NCBI GenBank assembly: GCA_037444405.1
Contig: JBBIML010000015.1
Coordinates: 30,303 to 94,302 of the forward strand
Direction: 5' to 3'
Origin: Armatimonadota bacterium
GTDB lineage: Bacteria; Armatimonadota; Fimbriimonadia; Fimbriimonadales; GBS-DC
DNA: 64,000 nt
Shown: positions 44,188 to 53,320 of the stretch, piece after piece
Layout of the letters: each line of letters begins with the position of its first letter
Position numbering within the stretch: position 1 is the first letter of the stretch
The notes under the pieces: generated by a model
What the model saw: the letters and a program-made list of their open reading frames with translations, nothing else
Databases searched by the model: none
Told to the model about the DNA's origin: nothing
Made by a program: the position numbers and the translations under genes

Positions 44188-46386
44188 ATGGCGTTGGACG
44201 ACGCGCAATACAGGGCGCAGGCAACCAGTTCGGAGCCGCTCGCTCCGCTGGCAGGCTCGCTGAACTGGCTGCTGTACGGAGCCGCCTGGCTGGTGAGCAT
44301 CATCAGCGTGCTGGCGTTCCGTGCAGCCCGCATGGAGGCGGACACCTCCAGCTTCACCCTGTTCCTGATTCTGTTCATCACGCTCGGAACACTGTTGAGC
44401 GCACTGCTTAGTCAGCGACCGTTGAGCGAGACCACACGCCTCGTCTTCGGCTTTCTCGATGCGACGCTCGCGCTCTTCACGATCACCGCTCAGCCCTCCT
44501 TTAACGCGCTGGTCAACATGCCGACCGATTCGGCGATAGAGATTTATTTGAGCACCTCGCTTCTGTGGTATCTGGCTCTGCGCACGCCGTTGATGGTCTC
44601 GCCCCCATCGGTGCTGTTCCAGAATGTGCCTGTGATGGCGCTCTTCGGGCTGATTGGCTCCTATCTGTTCGCGCCTGCTGTGCCCTATCTGTTCCTGGCG
44701 TTCATCGCGGTGCTGCTCGCGATGCTGATTCTGGCGCACCAGATGGAGTTGCGGGTGCAGTTGCCGCTGGCGGTGGTGGGACGCTATGCGCTGCTGGGCA
44801 GTTTGATAGCAACCGTTGGGGCGAGCGGGCTGGCGCTGCTGTTATGGCTGATGCTGGGCGAGCTGGTATCGGGGCTTGTGATTGGTCTGCCGTTTCGGAC
44901 GCCGGGCACAGGCAGCCGCGCGCCCGCTATACCAGCCCTGCAGGTGGGCGCGGGTCCGCTGGAGCTGAGCGACACACCCGTGTTGCGCGTGCGATTCCTG
45001 CAGGGGAGTGCCCGCTATCTGCGAGCCGATACTTATGACCAGTACACAGGGCGCGGCTGGAACCGAACCTATCTCGGCATGCGCCTGATCGAAGCGGGTG
45101 AGCAGGGCGAGTTTGTGATTGTCTCGAACCTGTCCCACTATCCGCACGCGCATCAGGTTCACGCGGAGATCACTGTGCTGGGTGGGATCCATCAGCAGTT
45201 CTTCTCGCCCGGCATGCCCCTCTGGCTCAAACCGTTTGAGCAGCGTCGCGCCATTCGGGTGGTCTACGCAACGGGCACCATCTGGGTGCGTCGTCCGCTG
45301 ACGCCCGGCACAGGCTATGAAATCCGTGCGCTGGTCAGCTCCCAGCAGCCCGCCCTTTTGCGCGAGCGCGAAGCCATCACGCCGTTCTGGGGTTCGTGGA
45401 TCACACCCGCTCGCAACGCGCGCGTGATGGAACTGGCACAGCAACTCACCGCCGATCAGCCCACCGATTATGATAAGGTGATGGCGCTCAAACGGTACAT
45501 CGAGACCCACGCCGCCTATAATGTGCATACAGAAGCCTATCCGTCAGAGGTCGATGTGGTGGAGCATTTTCTCTTCGAGGCGAAACAGGGCTATTGCATC
45601 GAGTTTGCGACGGCGCTGGCGGTGATGTGCCAGTATGTGGGTCTACCGGCGCGGGTGGTGTCGGGCTACCTGCTGCAGGAGCGCGATCCCGACACGGGCG
45701 ACTACATCGTGCGTGAGCGCCATCGCCACCTCTGGACGGAGGTCTACTTCGAGGGCGTCGGCTGGGTTCCATTTGACGCGACGGAGAACGCGCGCGTGAT
45801 CGATGGGGGCGATTCGGCGACTGGCAGCGCGGGGAGCGAGTCGGCGCGGCGTCATCCGCTCTATCGCTGGCGCCGCCTGCTGGACGGGCTGATTGCTGCC
45901 GGTCTCATTTATCTGCTGTGGAGTGTGCTGTTCTCCCGATGGCTGGGCGATCACAGGAGCCTTCCGATCGCTTATGCGCTCTACATGCGGCTGGTCTACT
46001 GGCTGCGGTTGATGGGCTGCCCTGCCCCGCTCGCCTCACAATCGCCGAACGACTATCTGCAGGCGTGCCTGCCCAGGCTCGGTGAGGGCTGGCGCGACGC
46101 CCGACGCGCCGAAAGGGCAACGGCACTGCTTGGCTCATTGCGGGAGCCGCTGTTGCGCCTGCTCTACGCGCCGCCGCTTGAAGCCCGCGCCGTCGTAGCA
46201 GAGGTGCAGGGTAAACTTAAAGCGCTGCAGCGTGTGCTGCGGCAGGAGCTGGGCTATTTTCGTCTTATTGGGCGAGCCGCACGGCTGCTGTGGCTCGATG
46301 GGTTCGCCTCAGCGAGTCGTGCGAATGCTCACAGCGACGCAGGGGGCGGAACGCCCCTTATCGAAGTCGCACAACGATGGAACTGA
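44188..46386 (+). CDS. transglutaminase-like membrane protein (TgpA-like: N-terminal multi-TM, transglutaminase core, DUF4129-like tail)
   Basis: GYCIEFATALAVMCQYVGLPARVVSGY (catalytic Cys), HLWTEVYFEGVGWVPFDAT (His/Asp). About 6 N-terminal TM segments and one TM after the core. Confidence 0.85.
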   Translation: MALDDAQYRAQATSSEPLAPLAGSLNWLLYGAAWLVSIISVLAFRAARMEADTSSFTLFLILFITLGTLLSALLSQRPLSETTRLVFGFLDATLALFTITAQPSFNALVNMPTDSAIEIYLSTSLLWYLALRTPLMVSPPSVLFQNVPVMALFGLIGSYLFAPAVPYLFLAFIAVLLAMLILAHQMELRVQLPLAVVGRYALLGSLIATVGASGLALLLWLMLGELVSGLVIGLPFRTPGTGSRAPAIPALQVGAGPLELSDTPVLRVRFLQGSARYLRADTYDQYTGRGWNRTYLGMRLIEAGEQGEFVIVSNLSHYPHAHQVHAEITVLGGIHQQFFSPGMPLWLKPFEQRRAIRVVYATGTIWVRRPLTPGTGYEIRALVSSQQPALLREREAITPFWGSWITPARNARVMELAQQLTADQPTDYDKVMALKRYIETHAAYNVHTEAYPSEVDVVEHFLFEAKQGYCIEFATALAVMCQYVGLPARVVSGYLLQERDPDTGDYIVRERHRHLWTEVYFEGVGWVPFDATENARVIDGGDSATGSAGSESARRHPLYRWRRLLDGLIAAGLIYLLWSVLFSRWLGDHRSLPIAYALYMRLVYWLRLMGCPAPLASQSPNDYLQACLPRLGEGWRDARRAERATALLGSLREPLLRLLYAPPLEARAVVAEVQGKLKALQRVLRQELGYFRLIGRAARLLWLDGFASASRANAHSDAGGGTPLIEVAQRWN

Positions 46387-47474
46387 AATACAGCAAGCTC
46401 ACGGAGGAGCAGTTTCGGTCGCCCGCTCGCGCATACCTGCTGACGGGCGACGAGCCAGTGTTCGCACGCGAGTTCCTCGAGCGGCTGCGCCACGCCCTCT
46501 CAATAGAGCCGGGCAGTCTCGATGAAGCCCTGCTGGACGCGCGGGAGACACCCGTTGCTGCCGTCGTCCATCAGGTGCAGACCCTGCCGATGGAAGGCGA
46601 GCGACGACTGGTCATTCTGCAGGCGGTCAATCGCTATAATGCCACCGAGCTGCAGGCGCTGGCGCGACTCATCCCGCAAATCCCGCCCTTCAGCTGTCTG
46701 GTTCTGCTGCCCGAACCTGCCGAATCGTCGGAACGCTCCGAACGAACCGAATCGGCAGGCTGGCAGGCGGTGATGAACGCCGTGCGCGAGCATGGCGTGC
46801 TGATCACGCTCGAACCGTTGCGCGGCAAATCGCTGGAGGCGCGCCTGATTGAAACGGCACGCGCCGCGGGCAAACGCCTGCGCCCACCCGAAGCCCAGCT
46901 GCTGATGGAGCTGGTGGATGGTGTCGCAGAGCGCGCGCTCACCGAACTGCAGAAAGTGCTGCTCTACATCGAGCCACGCACCGAGATCAGCCGTGACGAC
47001 ATCGAGCGCGTGGTCAGCCCCTCCCAGCAGGCGCAGGTGTTCCGGCTCGTCGATGCAATTGTGGCGGGCAATGTCGCCGAATCGCTGCGCTGGCTGAACC
47101 TGCTGTTTCAGGCTGGCTCGCGTCCCGAAACCGCCGCCCTCCAGACGCTCGGACTCATCAGTCGCCAGTTCCGATTATTATGGGATATGCAAATCCTGCT
47201 CACGCATCGCCAACCCATCGATAAGCCGGAGCAGATTCAGGCGGATGTGGCACAGAAGTTGCTGCATGAGCCGAATGTGGTTCAGTTGCTGCAGCGACAG
47301 CCCTTTTTGCGGGAAAGGTTGAAGCGGCAGGCGGAGCGGTTCCCTGCAAGCCGACTCCAGAAGGCGTTCGCTGCGCTGAACGAAGCCGACCTCGCCCTCA
47401 AAGGTGTACTTCCCGCTGTAAATCCAGCCGAAGTTATGGAAAGACTCATCGTGCGCCTCACTACGCAGGTGTAG
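46377..47474 (+). CDS. holA: DNA polymerase III delta subunit
   Basis: Start at ATG 46377 overlaps the TgpA-like stop (ATGGAACTGA). AYLLTGDEPVFAREFLERL; about 365 aa. Confidence 0.75.
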   Translation: MELKYSKLTEEQFRSPARAYLLTGDEPVFAREFLERLRHALSIEPGSLDEALLDARETPVAAVVHQVQTLPMEGERRLVILQAVNRYNATELQALARLIPQIPPFSCLVLLPEPAESSERSERTESAGWQAVMNAVREHGVLITLEPLRGKSLEARLIETARAAGKRLRPPEAQLLMELVDGVAERALTELQKVLLYIEPRTEISRDDIERVVSPSQQAQVFRLVDAIVAGNVAESLRWLNLLFQAGSRPETAALQTLGLISRQFRLLWDMQILLTHRQPIDKPEQIQADVAQKLLHEPNVVQLLQRQPFLRERLKRQAERFPASRLQKAFAALNEADLALKGVLPAVNPAEVMERLIVRLTTQV

Positions 47475-47538
47475 AAGGCGACCCAATGTGCAACTTTTGC
47501 TGAGAATTCGTAATCTAAGGATAGGGAGGCAATCGAGA

Positions 47539-48618
47539 TTGGCAAAGCGCGTGGCGGAGAATCCGATTATTGTGCCGGAGGCGGTGCCGCCATCCGAGCC
47601 GGGGCTGGAAGTGATTGGTGTGTTCAATCCGGGGGCTGTGCGCTACGGTGATGAGGTGCTCCTGCTGCTGCGGGTGGCGGAGCGCCCCGTGCTGGACGAC
47701 CCCGACCTGGTGGGCGTGCCGGTGCTGAACCTGAACCATCGGCATCGCTCGCAGCGTGTGGAAGTGCTGACCTTCTCGCGCCACTCACCTGAGGTCGATC
47801 TCAGCGACCCGCGTGCTATCCATGTGGGGGGGCGCACCTATCTCAGCTCTATCTCGCACCTGCGACTGGCACGCAGCCGCGACGGCATCCACTTCACCAT
47901 CGACCCGCAGCCGACGCTCTTCCCGGAGACCATCTACGAAGAGTACGGGCTGGAGGACTGCCGCATCACCCCGATTGAAGACACCTACTACATCACCTGC
48001 ACCGCCGTCTCGCGGTTCGGTATCTGCGCGGAGCTGTTCAGCACGCAGGACTTCCGCTCTTTCCAGCGGCACGGGCTGATTTTGCCTCACGAAAACAAGA
48101 ATGTGGTGCTGTTCCCGCGCCGCGTGCAGGGTCGCTATGTCGCCCTGCACCGTACGGGCATGTCGCCCTTCAATGGTCCGAACATGTGGATTGCCTATTC
48201 GCCGGACCTGATGCACTGGGGGGATCATCACTTTTTGATGGCGCCGCGCCCGCATCTGTGGGATGCACGGCGCATCGGCGCAGGCACGCCGCCGATTGAA
48301 ACGCCCGAAGGCTGGCTGATTGTGTATCACGGTGTGAACGCCAAAGATGGCTACTGCGCGGGCGTCGCCCTGCTCGATCTGGAGGAGCCGCACCGCGTGC
48401 TGCACCGCTCGCACGAGCCGCTCATCACACCGACCGAGGATTACGAGGTCAGCGGCTTCTTTGAGCGGGTGGTGTTCCCGACGGGCATCGTGCCGATGGG
48501 CGATGGGCGTGTGCTGATCTACTATGGCGTCGCTGATCGCGCCGTTGCCGTCGCCGAAAGCACGATCACGGATTTGATTCGGGTAGCGCAGGGCGAGCGC
48601 GCGCCCGCCGCGGTTTGA
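47539..48618 (+). CDS. glycoside hydrolase family 130 (mannoside phosphorylase-like)
   Basis: GVFNPGAVRYGDEVLLLLRVAE, EDCRITPIEDTYYITCTAVS, NKNVVLFPRRVQGRYVALHR, PEGWLIVYHGV, VLIYYGVADRAVAVA. Start uncertain (TTG 47539 after GGGAGG; the track gives GTG 47488). Confidence 0.82.
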   Translation: MAKRVAENPIIVPEAVPPSEPGLEVIGVFNPGAVRYGDEVLLLLRVAERPVLDDPDLVGVPVLNLNHRHRSQRVEVLTFSRHSPEVDLSDPRAIHVGGRTYLSSISHLRLARSRDGIHFTIDPQPTLFPETIYEEYGLEDCRITPIEDTYYITCTAVSRFGICAELFSTQDFRSFQRHGLILPHENKNVVLFPRRVQGRYVALHRTGMSPFNGPNMWIAYSPDLMHWGDHHFLMAPRPHLWDARRIGAGTPPIETPEGWLIVYHGVNAKDGYCAGVALLDLEEPHRVLHRSHEPLITPTEDYEVSGFFERVVFPTGIVPMGDGRVLIYYGVADRAVAVAESTITDLIRVAQGERAPAAV

Positions 48619-48633
48619 AAACCGCCTGCTGTC

Positions 48634-51600
48634 TTATGCAGCGGTGCGGCGGATCATTTCGACGGTGAGTTCGAGGTTCTGGCGGGCGGGGTCATGGTGC
48701 GGGTCCAGGGCGAGCGCCTGCTGGAAGGCGATGCGGGCGGCGTCGTACACGCCCATCCGGAAGTAGCAGTTGCCCAGCACGAACCAGCCCTGTGGGTTGT
48801 ACGGGTCGCGCTCCAGCGCGGCGGAATAGGCGTCGGCGGCTTCCGCATACGCGCCCAGCCGATACAGCACATCGCCCGCGTTAAAGAGCGCGTTCGCGTT
48901 CTGCGGCTCCAGCTCGATCGCGCGCGTGAGATGCTCCAGTCCCTCAACATAGTTGCCCAGCTCGCACAGGGCACGCCCCCAGTTGATATGGACGCCTGCC
49001 GACAGCGGCTTGCCGTGCCGCTCCAGATAGGCGAACGACTCACAGAGCGCCTGACGGTTGCCCGTCTGCTCGGCGGCATGCACCCAGCGATGCCACCAGA
49101 CCTCCACATCAGGCTGCAGTTCCGCCAGTCGCGCCAGGAAGGGCAGCGCCCGCGCGTACTGGCGCTGCTCCCACCACATATTGGCGGCGTCCTGCAGGGC
49201 GACCAGCGTGAGTTGCGGACTGCGACTGGCTTGCTCGTAGTGCTGGCTGGCGCGTTCGTATTGCCCCTTGCGGCGCAGCCATTCTGCATAAGCCAGATGC
49301 GCTTCGGCGTAGTCGGGTCGCTCGCTCAGCACGCGCTCCAGATGCGCTTCCGCCTCCTCCAGACGGTTCAGCAGCATCAGCGCCCGCGCCATCGTCAGGT
49401 GCCACTTGAAGGTCACGACGGTGGGGTCGCCCGTGTAGCCACTGGAGGCGAGCAGGGTCTCGCCATCCGCGCTCAACAACCCGATGCGCATTGCACACCG
49501 CCGCGCCTGCTTTAATGTTTCGATGGTCTCCTGCGCCGACCCGTTCAGCAGATACGACTGCGCCAGCGTGAAATAGATCAGCGGATGCTCCAGCCCCTGC
49601 TTCAGAGCCTGCTGTCCGACCCGAATCGCCTCATCGTAGCGCTTGAGCATCTGCAGGCTGGAAATCCACTGGCTCCAGGCGAGCGGCGCGTAATCTTCGG
49701 TGGGCAGAATCTGCTCGCATGCGCGCTGGAGCGCGTCGCACGCGCCCTGATAGTCGCCCTGATTGTAGAGCGTGTTGCCCAGATTGAACCACTGGAAGGC
49801 GTCCTGCGGGTTTTCATGCAGGGTCTGGCGTAAAAGTTGTACATTGCGCTGGCTTTTGCCGCGCCGTCGCATCACCTCCGCTTCGTAGCCCCAGTGGATA
49901 ATCTGGGCGTTGCGCAGGGTGGCGGGCTTGCCACCCGCAGCTAACAGGCTGGGCAGAATCTGCTCGTGGATGCGTCCTTCCCAGCGTGCGCATGGCAACC
50001 GCCGGAACATGCGAACGGCGCGGTGAATGAATGCGTCATTCGGGTTCTCCCGATTGAGAATGTTGACAACCTCGATATAGTAGGCGACGAACTGGGGGTG
50101 GCGGGCGCCCTCGCGAATGATGGAACGGCTGCGCGGATGGAGGCGTTCATCGGCGTCCAGCACCAGTATCCAGTCGCCTGTGGCATGCTCCAGCGCGAGG
50201 TTGCGCGGGCGTGAGAAGTCGTCGTCCCACTCGCAGGTCAGCACCTTCGCGCCATACCGGCGCGCGATTTCAGGCGTCTCATCGGTGGAGCCAGTGTCCA
50301 CCAGAATAATCTCATCCACGATGCCCTGCACGCTTTCGAGGCATTCGGGCAGAAACTCAGCTTCGTCGCGGGCGACGATGCAGAGCGTGATGCGCGTGCC
50401 GAGCGGCTCGTCGGGGATGGGCACGCCATAGCGTGTGAGCCACTCTTCTAACGCGCGGGCGCGTTGCGCCTGACGGGGCTGACGCCCGGCGTTGCACACA
50501 AAGTAGTTTCTCAGCGGCAGCACCACCTCGCGCAGCCAGTGCGGTTCCGCGTAGCCTGCTCGCAGCAGCTTCATCACCAGCGGATACGCCTGTTGCTCGC
50601 GCTCGCTATAGAGCATTAGCCATGCTTTCTGTGCCAGCAGATTGAGCGCGTCGGGCAGCAGCTCCAGCGCTTTATTGAGCAGGGTTTCGGCTTCATCCCA
50701 GCGGTTCTGCTGGAGAAGCGCCTGAACCGCCGCCTCGTACAGGTAGGGGTTCAGCGGCTCGGCATCGATGGCGTGGGCGAACAGTTGCAGCGCGGTCTCG
50801 CTCTCTTCGTTTTCCAGCAGGCTCAGCCCGATGTGATAATAGGTGGCGGTGGTTTGTGCCTCCTGCGCCAGCTCCTGCAGGCATCGGGCGGCAACCGGTG
50901 CAATCTGGCTCCAGCTGAACTGGTTGACAATCTGCTCGTGGGCGAGCTGCGCTTTCTGCCGGGCAGCCTGCGGGCTGGAAACGACCGCCTGCATCGTGGC
51001 AATCAGCGCGTCGGCGTCGGGTTCCGCCCAGAACGGCGTGCCAATCAGCTCATAGCCTTGCACGCCTTCCAGCGGGCGCACTTCGGCGGGCAGCAGATAG
51101 GCGTTTTGCTCGGTGCAGAAGTCGAGGCACGCGCCGAACCCGGTGGTGATGACGGGGATTCCGCACGCCATCGCCTCGGCAATTGGCAAACCGAAGCCCT
51201 CCGCCCGATAGGGATGCACCAGGCAGTCGGCGGCGCGATAGAGACCCGCCATCGCCGATTCGGGCAGCGTGTCGGGAATGTAGAGCAGCGGGGGCGCGTC
51301 AGGGTCGCATGCCCACTCCAGCAGTTGCGCCTGATAGTTCTGGCGACTGTACACATCCTGTGCCCCGAAATCCTTGACAATCAGCAGCACATCATCTTTA
51401 CGGCTGAAGGCGGCACGATAGGCGTTCAGCAGAATATCGACACCCTTACGCCGAATCGTGCCGCCCACAAATAGAAACTTATAACGGCGCGGGATGCTCT
51501 CGCGGGGCACATTGGTCTGACCGATGGCGTTCAGATCGAGCGGAGGCACATTGGGATGGAACTGGTTGGGATTGACCCCGTTCGGCACGAGGCGCAGTTG

Positions 51601-52023
51601 CGTTTCGGGCACGCCTGCCTGCAGGAAGGTTTCGTACACGAATCGAGAGGGCGTCCAGAGCTGGGCGCAGCGGGCACGAATCTGCTCCACCCAATCGCGC
51701 GGCGCGGCGCCGAACTCCCACGGCTGAATCATCGCCAGCGGTACGGGCGAGAGGCTCCAGTCAGGCGGGAACTGGTGGCGCACCCACACCTGCCAGCCGT
51801 TTGGGGGCGGTGGGTTCTCGCCCAGCAGCAGGTAGCGACGCAGCGGATGCCCGGCGGCGTTCTCAATCGAATCGCCCGATTCGCGAGCTATTAGGTGAAC
51901 CTGCCAGGCAGGGTCCAGCGTCAGCAGCGCCTGGACCAGCTCGCGATTGACCCGTGCGAGGCTATGCGCCGAGAAGATGCCGCCCTGCCAGAGCGTCGGC
52001 GGAAGAATCGGCGGACGAGCCAT
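48634..52023 (-). CDS. multidomain glycosyltransferase: GT4 (group 1) - TPR - GT2 - long TPR array
   Basis: Start at ATG 52023 after AAGGAGGG. GT4 C-terminal motif YRAADCLVHPYRAEGFGLPIAEAMACGIPVI. GT2 motif ITLCIVARDEAEFLPECLESV..IILVDTGSTDETPEIA..LVLDADERL. Many TPR-like 34-mers toward the C-terminus. Confidence 0.85.
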   Translation of the reverse strand: MARPPILPPTLWQGGIFSAHSLARVNRELVQALLTLDPAWQVHLIARESGDSIENAAGHPLRRYLLLGENPPPPNGWQVWVRHQFPPDWSLSPVPLAMIQPWEFGAAPRDWVEQIRARCAQLWTPSRFVYETFLQAGVPETQLRLVPNGVNPNQFHPNVPPLDLNAIGQTNVPRESIPRRYKFLFVGGTIRRKGVDILLNAYRAAFSRKDDVLLIVKDFGAQDVYSRQNYQAQLLEWACDPDAPPLLYIPDTLPESAMAGLYRAADCLVHPYRAEGFGLPIAEAMACGIPVITTGFGACLDFCTEQNAYLLPAEVRPLEGVQGYELIGTPFWAEPDADALIATMQAVVSSPQAARQKAQLAHEQIVNQFSWSQIAPVAARCLQELAQEAQTTATYYHIGLSLLENEESETALQLFAHAIDAEPLNPYLYEAAVQALLQQNRWDEAETLLNKALELLPDALNLLAQKAWLMLYSEREQQAYPLVMKLLRAGYAEPHWLREVVLPLRNYFVCNAGRQPRQAQRARALEEWLTRYGVPIPDEPLGTRITLCIVARDEAEFLPECLESVQGIVDEIILVDTGSTDETPEIARRYGAKVLTCEWDDDFSRPRNLALEHATGDWILVLDADERLHPRSRSIIREGARHPQFVAYYIEVVNILNRENPNDAFIHRAVRMFRRLPCARWEGRIHEQILPSLLAAGGKPATLRNAQIIHWGYEAEVMRRRGKSQRNVQLLRQTLHENPQDAFQWFNLGNTLYNQGDYQGACDALQRACEQILPTEDYAPLAWSQWISSLQMLKRYDEAIRVGQQALKQGLEHPLIYFTLAQSYLLNGSAQETIETLKQARRCAMRIGLLSADGETLLASSGYTGDPTVVTFKWHLTMARALMLLNRLEEAEAHLERVLSERPDYAEAHLAYAEWLRRKGQYERASQHYEQASRSPQLTLVALQDAANMWWEQRQYARALPFLARLAELQPDVEVWWHRWVHAAEQTGNRQALCESFAYLERHGKPLSAGVHINWGRALCELGNYVEGLEHLTRAIELEPQNANALFNAGDVLYRLGAYAEAADAYSAALERDPYNPQGWFVLGNCYFRMGVYDAARIAFQQALALDPHHDPARQNLELTVEMIRRTAA

Positions 52024-52057
52024 CTGGAACCCTCCTTTGCCGCTGGCAGTATCGGGC

Positions 52058-52414
52058 TTAGCGACGACTGGGCGTGCGCCGTTTTGCGCGGGCGCGGTTG
52101 GGCGAAGTGCCATTGTTGCCCTGAGTGGGCTGCGGCGTGCCAAACCGCTCGCGCAGCTTGCGCTTCGCGCCTGCTATGGTGTACATCTCCTCCTTGAGCA
52201 GGCGCTTGATCTCGCGGATGACCTCGATATCTTCGGGGCGATAGCGCCGCTGACCGCCCGGAGAGCGAATCGGGCGCAGGAACTCGGAGAACTCGCGCTC
52301 CCAGTAGCGCAGTGTGTGGCTCTCCACACCTGTCAGATGGCTCGCGACACTGATAGAGACCGGTCGCTGTTCGATCGGTAGCTTCTGTTTCTTGCTTCGC
52401 CTCGGCATAATCAA
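52058..52414 (-). CDS. small MerR-family HTH protein without an effector domain, with a basic tail
   Basis: VSISVASHLTGVESHTLRYWEREFSEFLRPIRSPGGQRRYRPEDIEVIREIKRLL. 118 aa. Confidence 0.8.
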   Translation of the reverse strand: MIMPRRSKKQKLPIEQRPVSISVASHLTGVESHTLRYWEREFSEFLRPIRSPGGQRRYRPEDIEVIREIKRLLKEEMYTIAGAKRKLRERFGTPQPTQGNNGTSPNRARAKRRTPSRR

Positions 52415-52552
52415 CCTCCGTCGCAGTGGATTTATCGAGAGCGCTTCACAGCTATCGCTGGAAGGCTCGAAGCGGATTATCGGAACCTTTGACGCTTTTC
52501 TTTACACGGTGTTCATGGACGGACGCATGGGGTATGCTCCTCTATCGGTGCG

Positions 52553-53320
52553 ATGAGCGATTTGCTGACGAAAGCCGACCTGGATTACTTCAAACGCGGC
52601 GAATGGGAGAACCCGCGCTTCTGGAGCCGTCTGGGCGGGCAGCCCGACCTGCGCGGCAAGAAGGTGCTGGACCTCGGCTGCGGGCACGGCAGCCTTTGCG
52701 TCGATATGGCGAAAGCGGGCGCTGCGCGGGTGGTGGGCGTCGATCTCAACCCACGCCTGATCGAATTCGCTCAGCAAAACCTTCAGCTCAACTACCCCGA
52801 ACTTGTCGGGCGTGTCGAGTTTTATTGCATCGACATCACCGAGCTGGACGAGAGCGGATTCGATTTAATGACCTCTAAAGATACCTTTGAGCATGTGATG
52901 GAGCTGGAGAGCGTGCTGCACGAGATGTACAAGCGGCTCAAGCCGGGCGGCTTGCTCTATGCGGCGATTGGTCCGCTCTGGAACAGCCCCTTTGGCGACC
53001 ATGACCACCTGAAGCGCGTGTTTGGGGTGAACCTGCCATGGGCGCACCTGATCGTGCCGCAGCGGGTGGCGATGCGCTGGCTCAGTCGCAGGCTCCAGCG
53101 CGAGGTGCGCTCCTACCGCGATCTGGGCATGAATATGCTCGCGTTTGCTGACTATCAGCGCATTATCGAGCAGTCAGGCTTCGAGGTGCTGTTTTTCAAG
53201 CCGAACAACAGTCGCCATCCGGTGCTGCGTCTGTTCGCGCTGATTGCCCGCATCCCGTTCCTGACCGAATATTTCACGAACAATCTCTATTGCATCCTGC
53301 GCCGCCCGCTTGAGGGTTAG
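52553..53320 (+). CDS. class I SAM-dependent methyltransferase
   Basis: Motif I VLDLGCGHGSLCVDMA, post-I VVGVDLN, LKPGGLLY. Confidence 0.85.
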   Translation: MSDLLTKADLDYFKRGEWENPRFWSRLGGQPDLRGKKVLDLGCGHGSLCVDMAKAGAARVVGVDLNPRLIEFAQQNLQLNYPELVGRVEFYCIDITELDESGFDLMTSKDTFEHVMELESVLHEMYKRLKPGGLLYAAIGPLWNSPFGDHDHLKRVFGVNLPWAHLIVPQRVAMRWLSRRLQREVRSYRDLGMNMLAFADYQRIIEQSGFEVLFFKPNNSRHPVLRLFALIARIPFLTEYFTNNLYCILRRPLEG

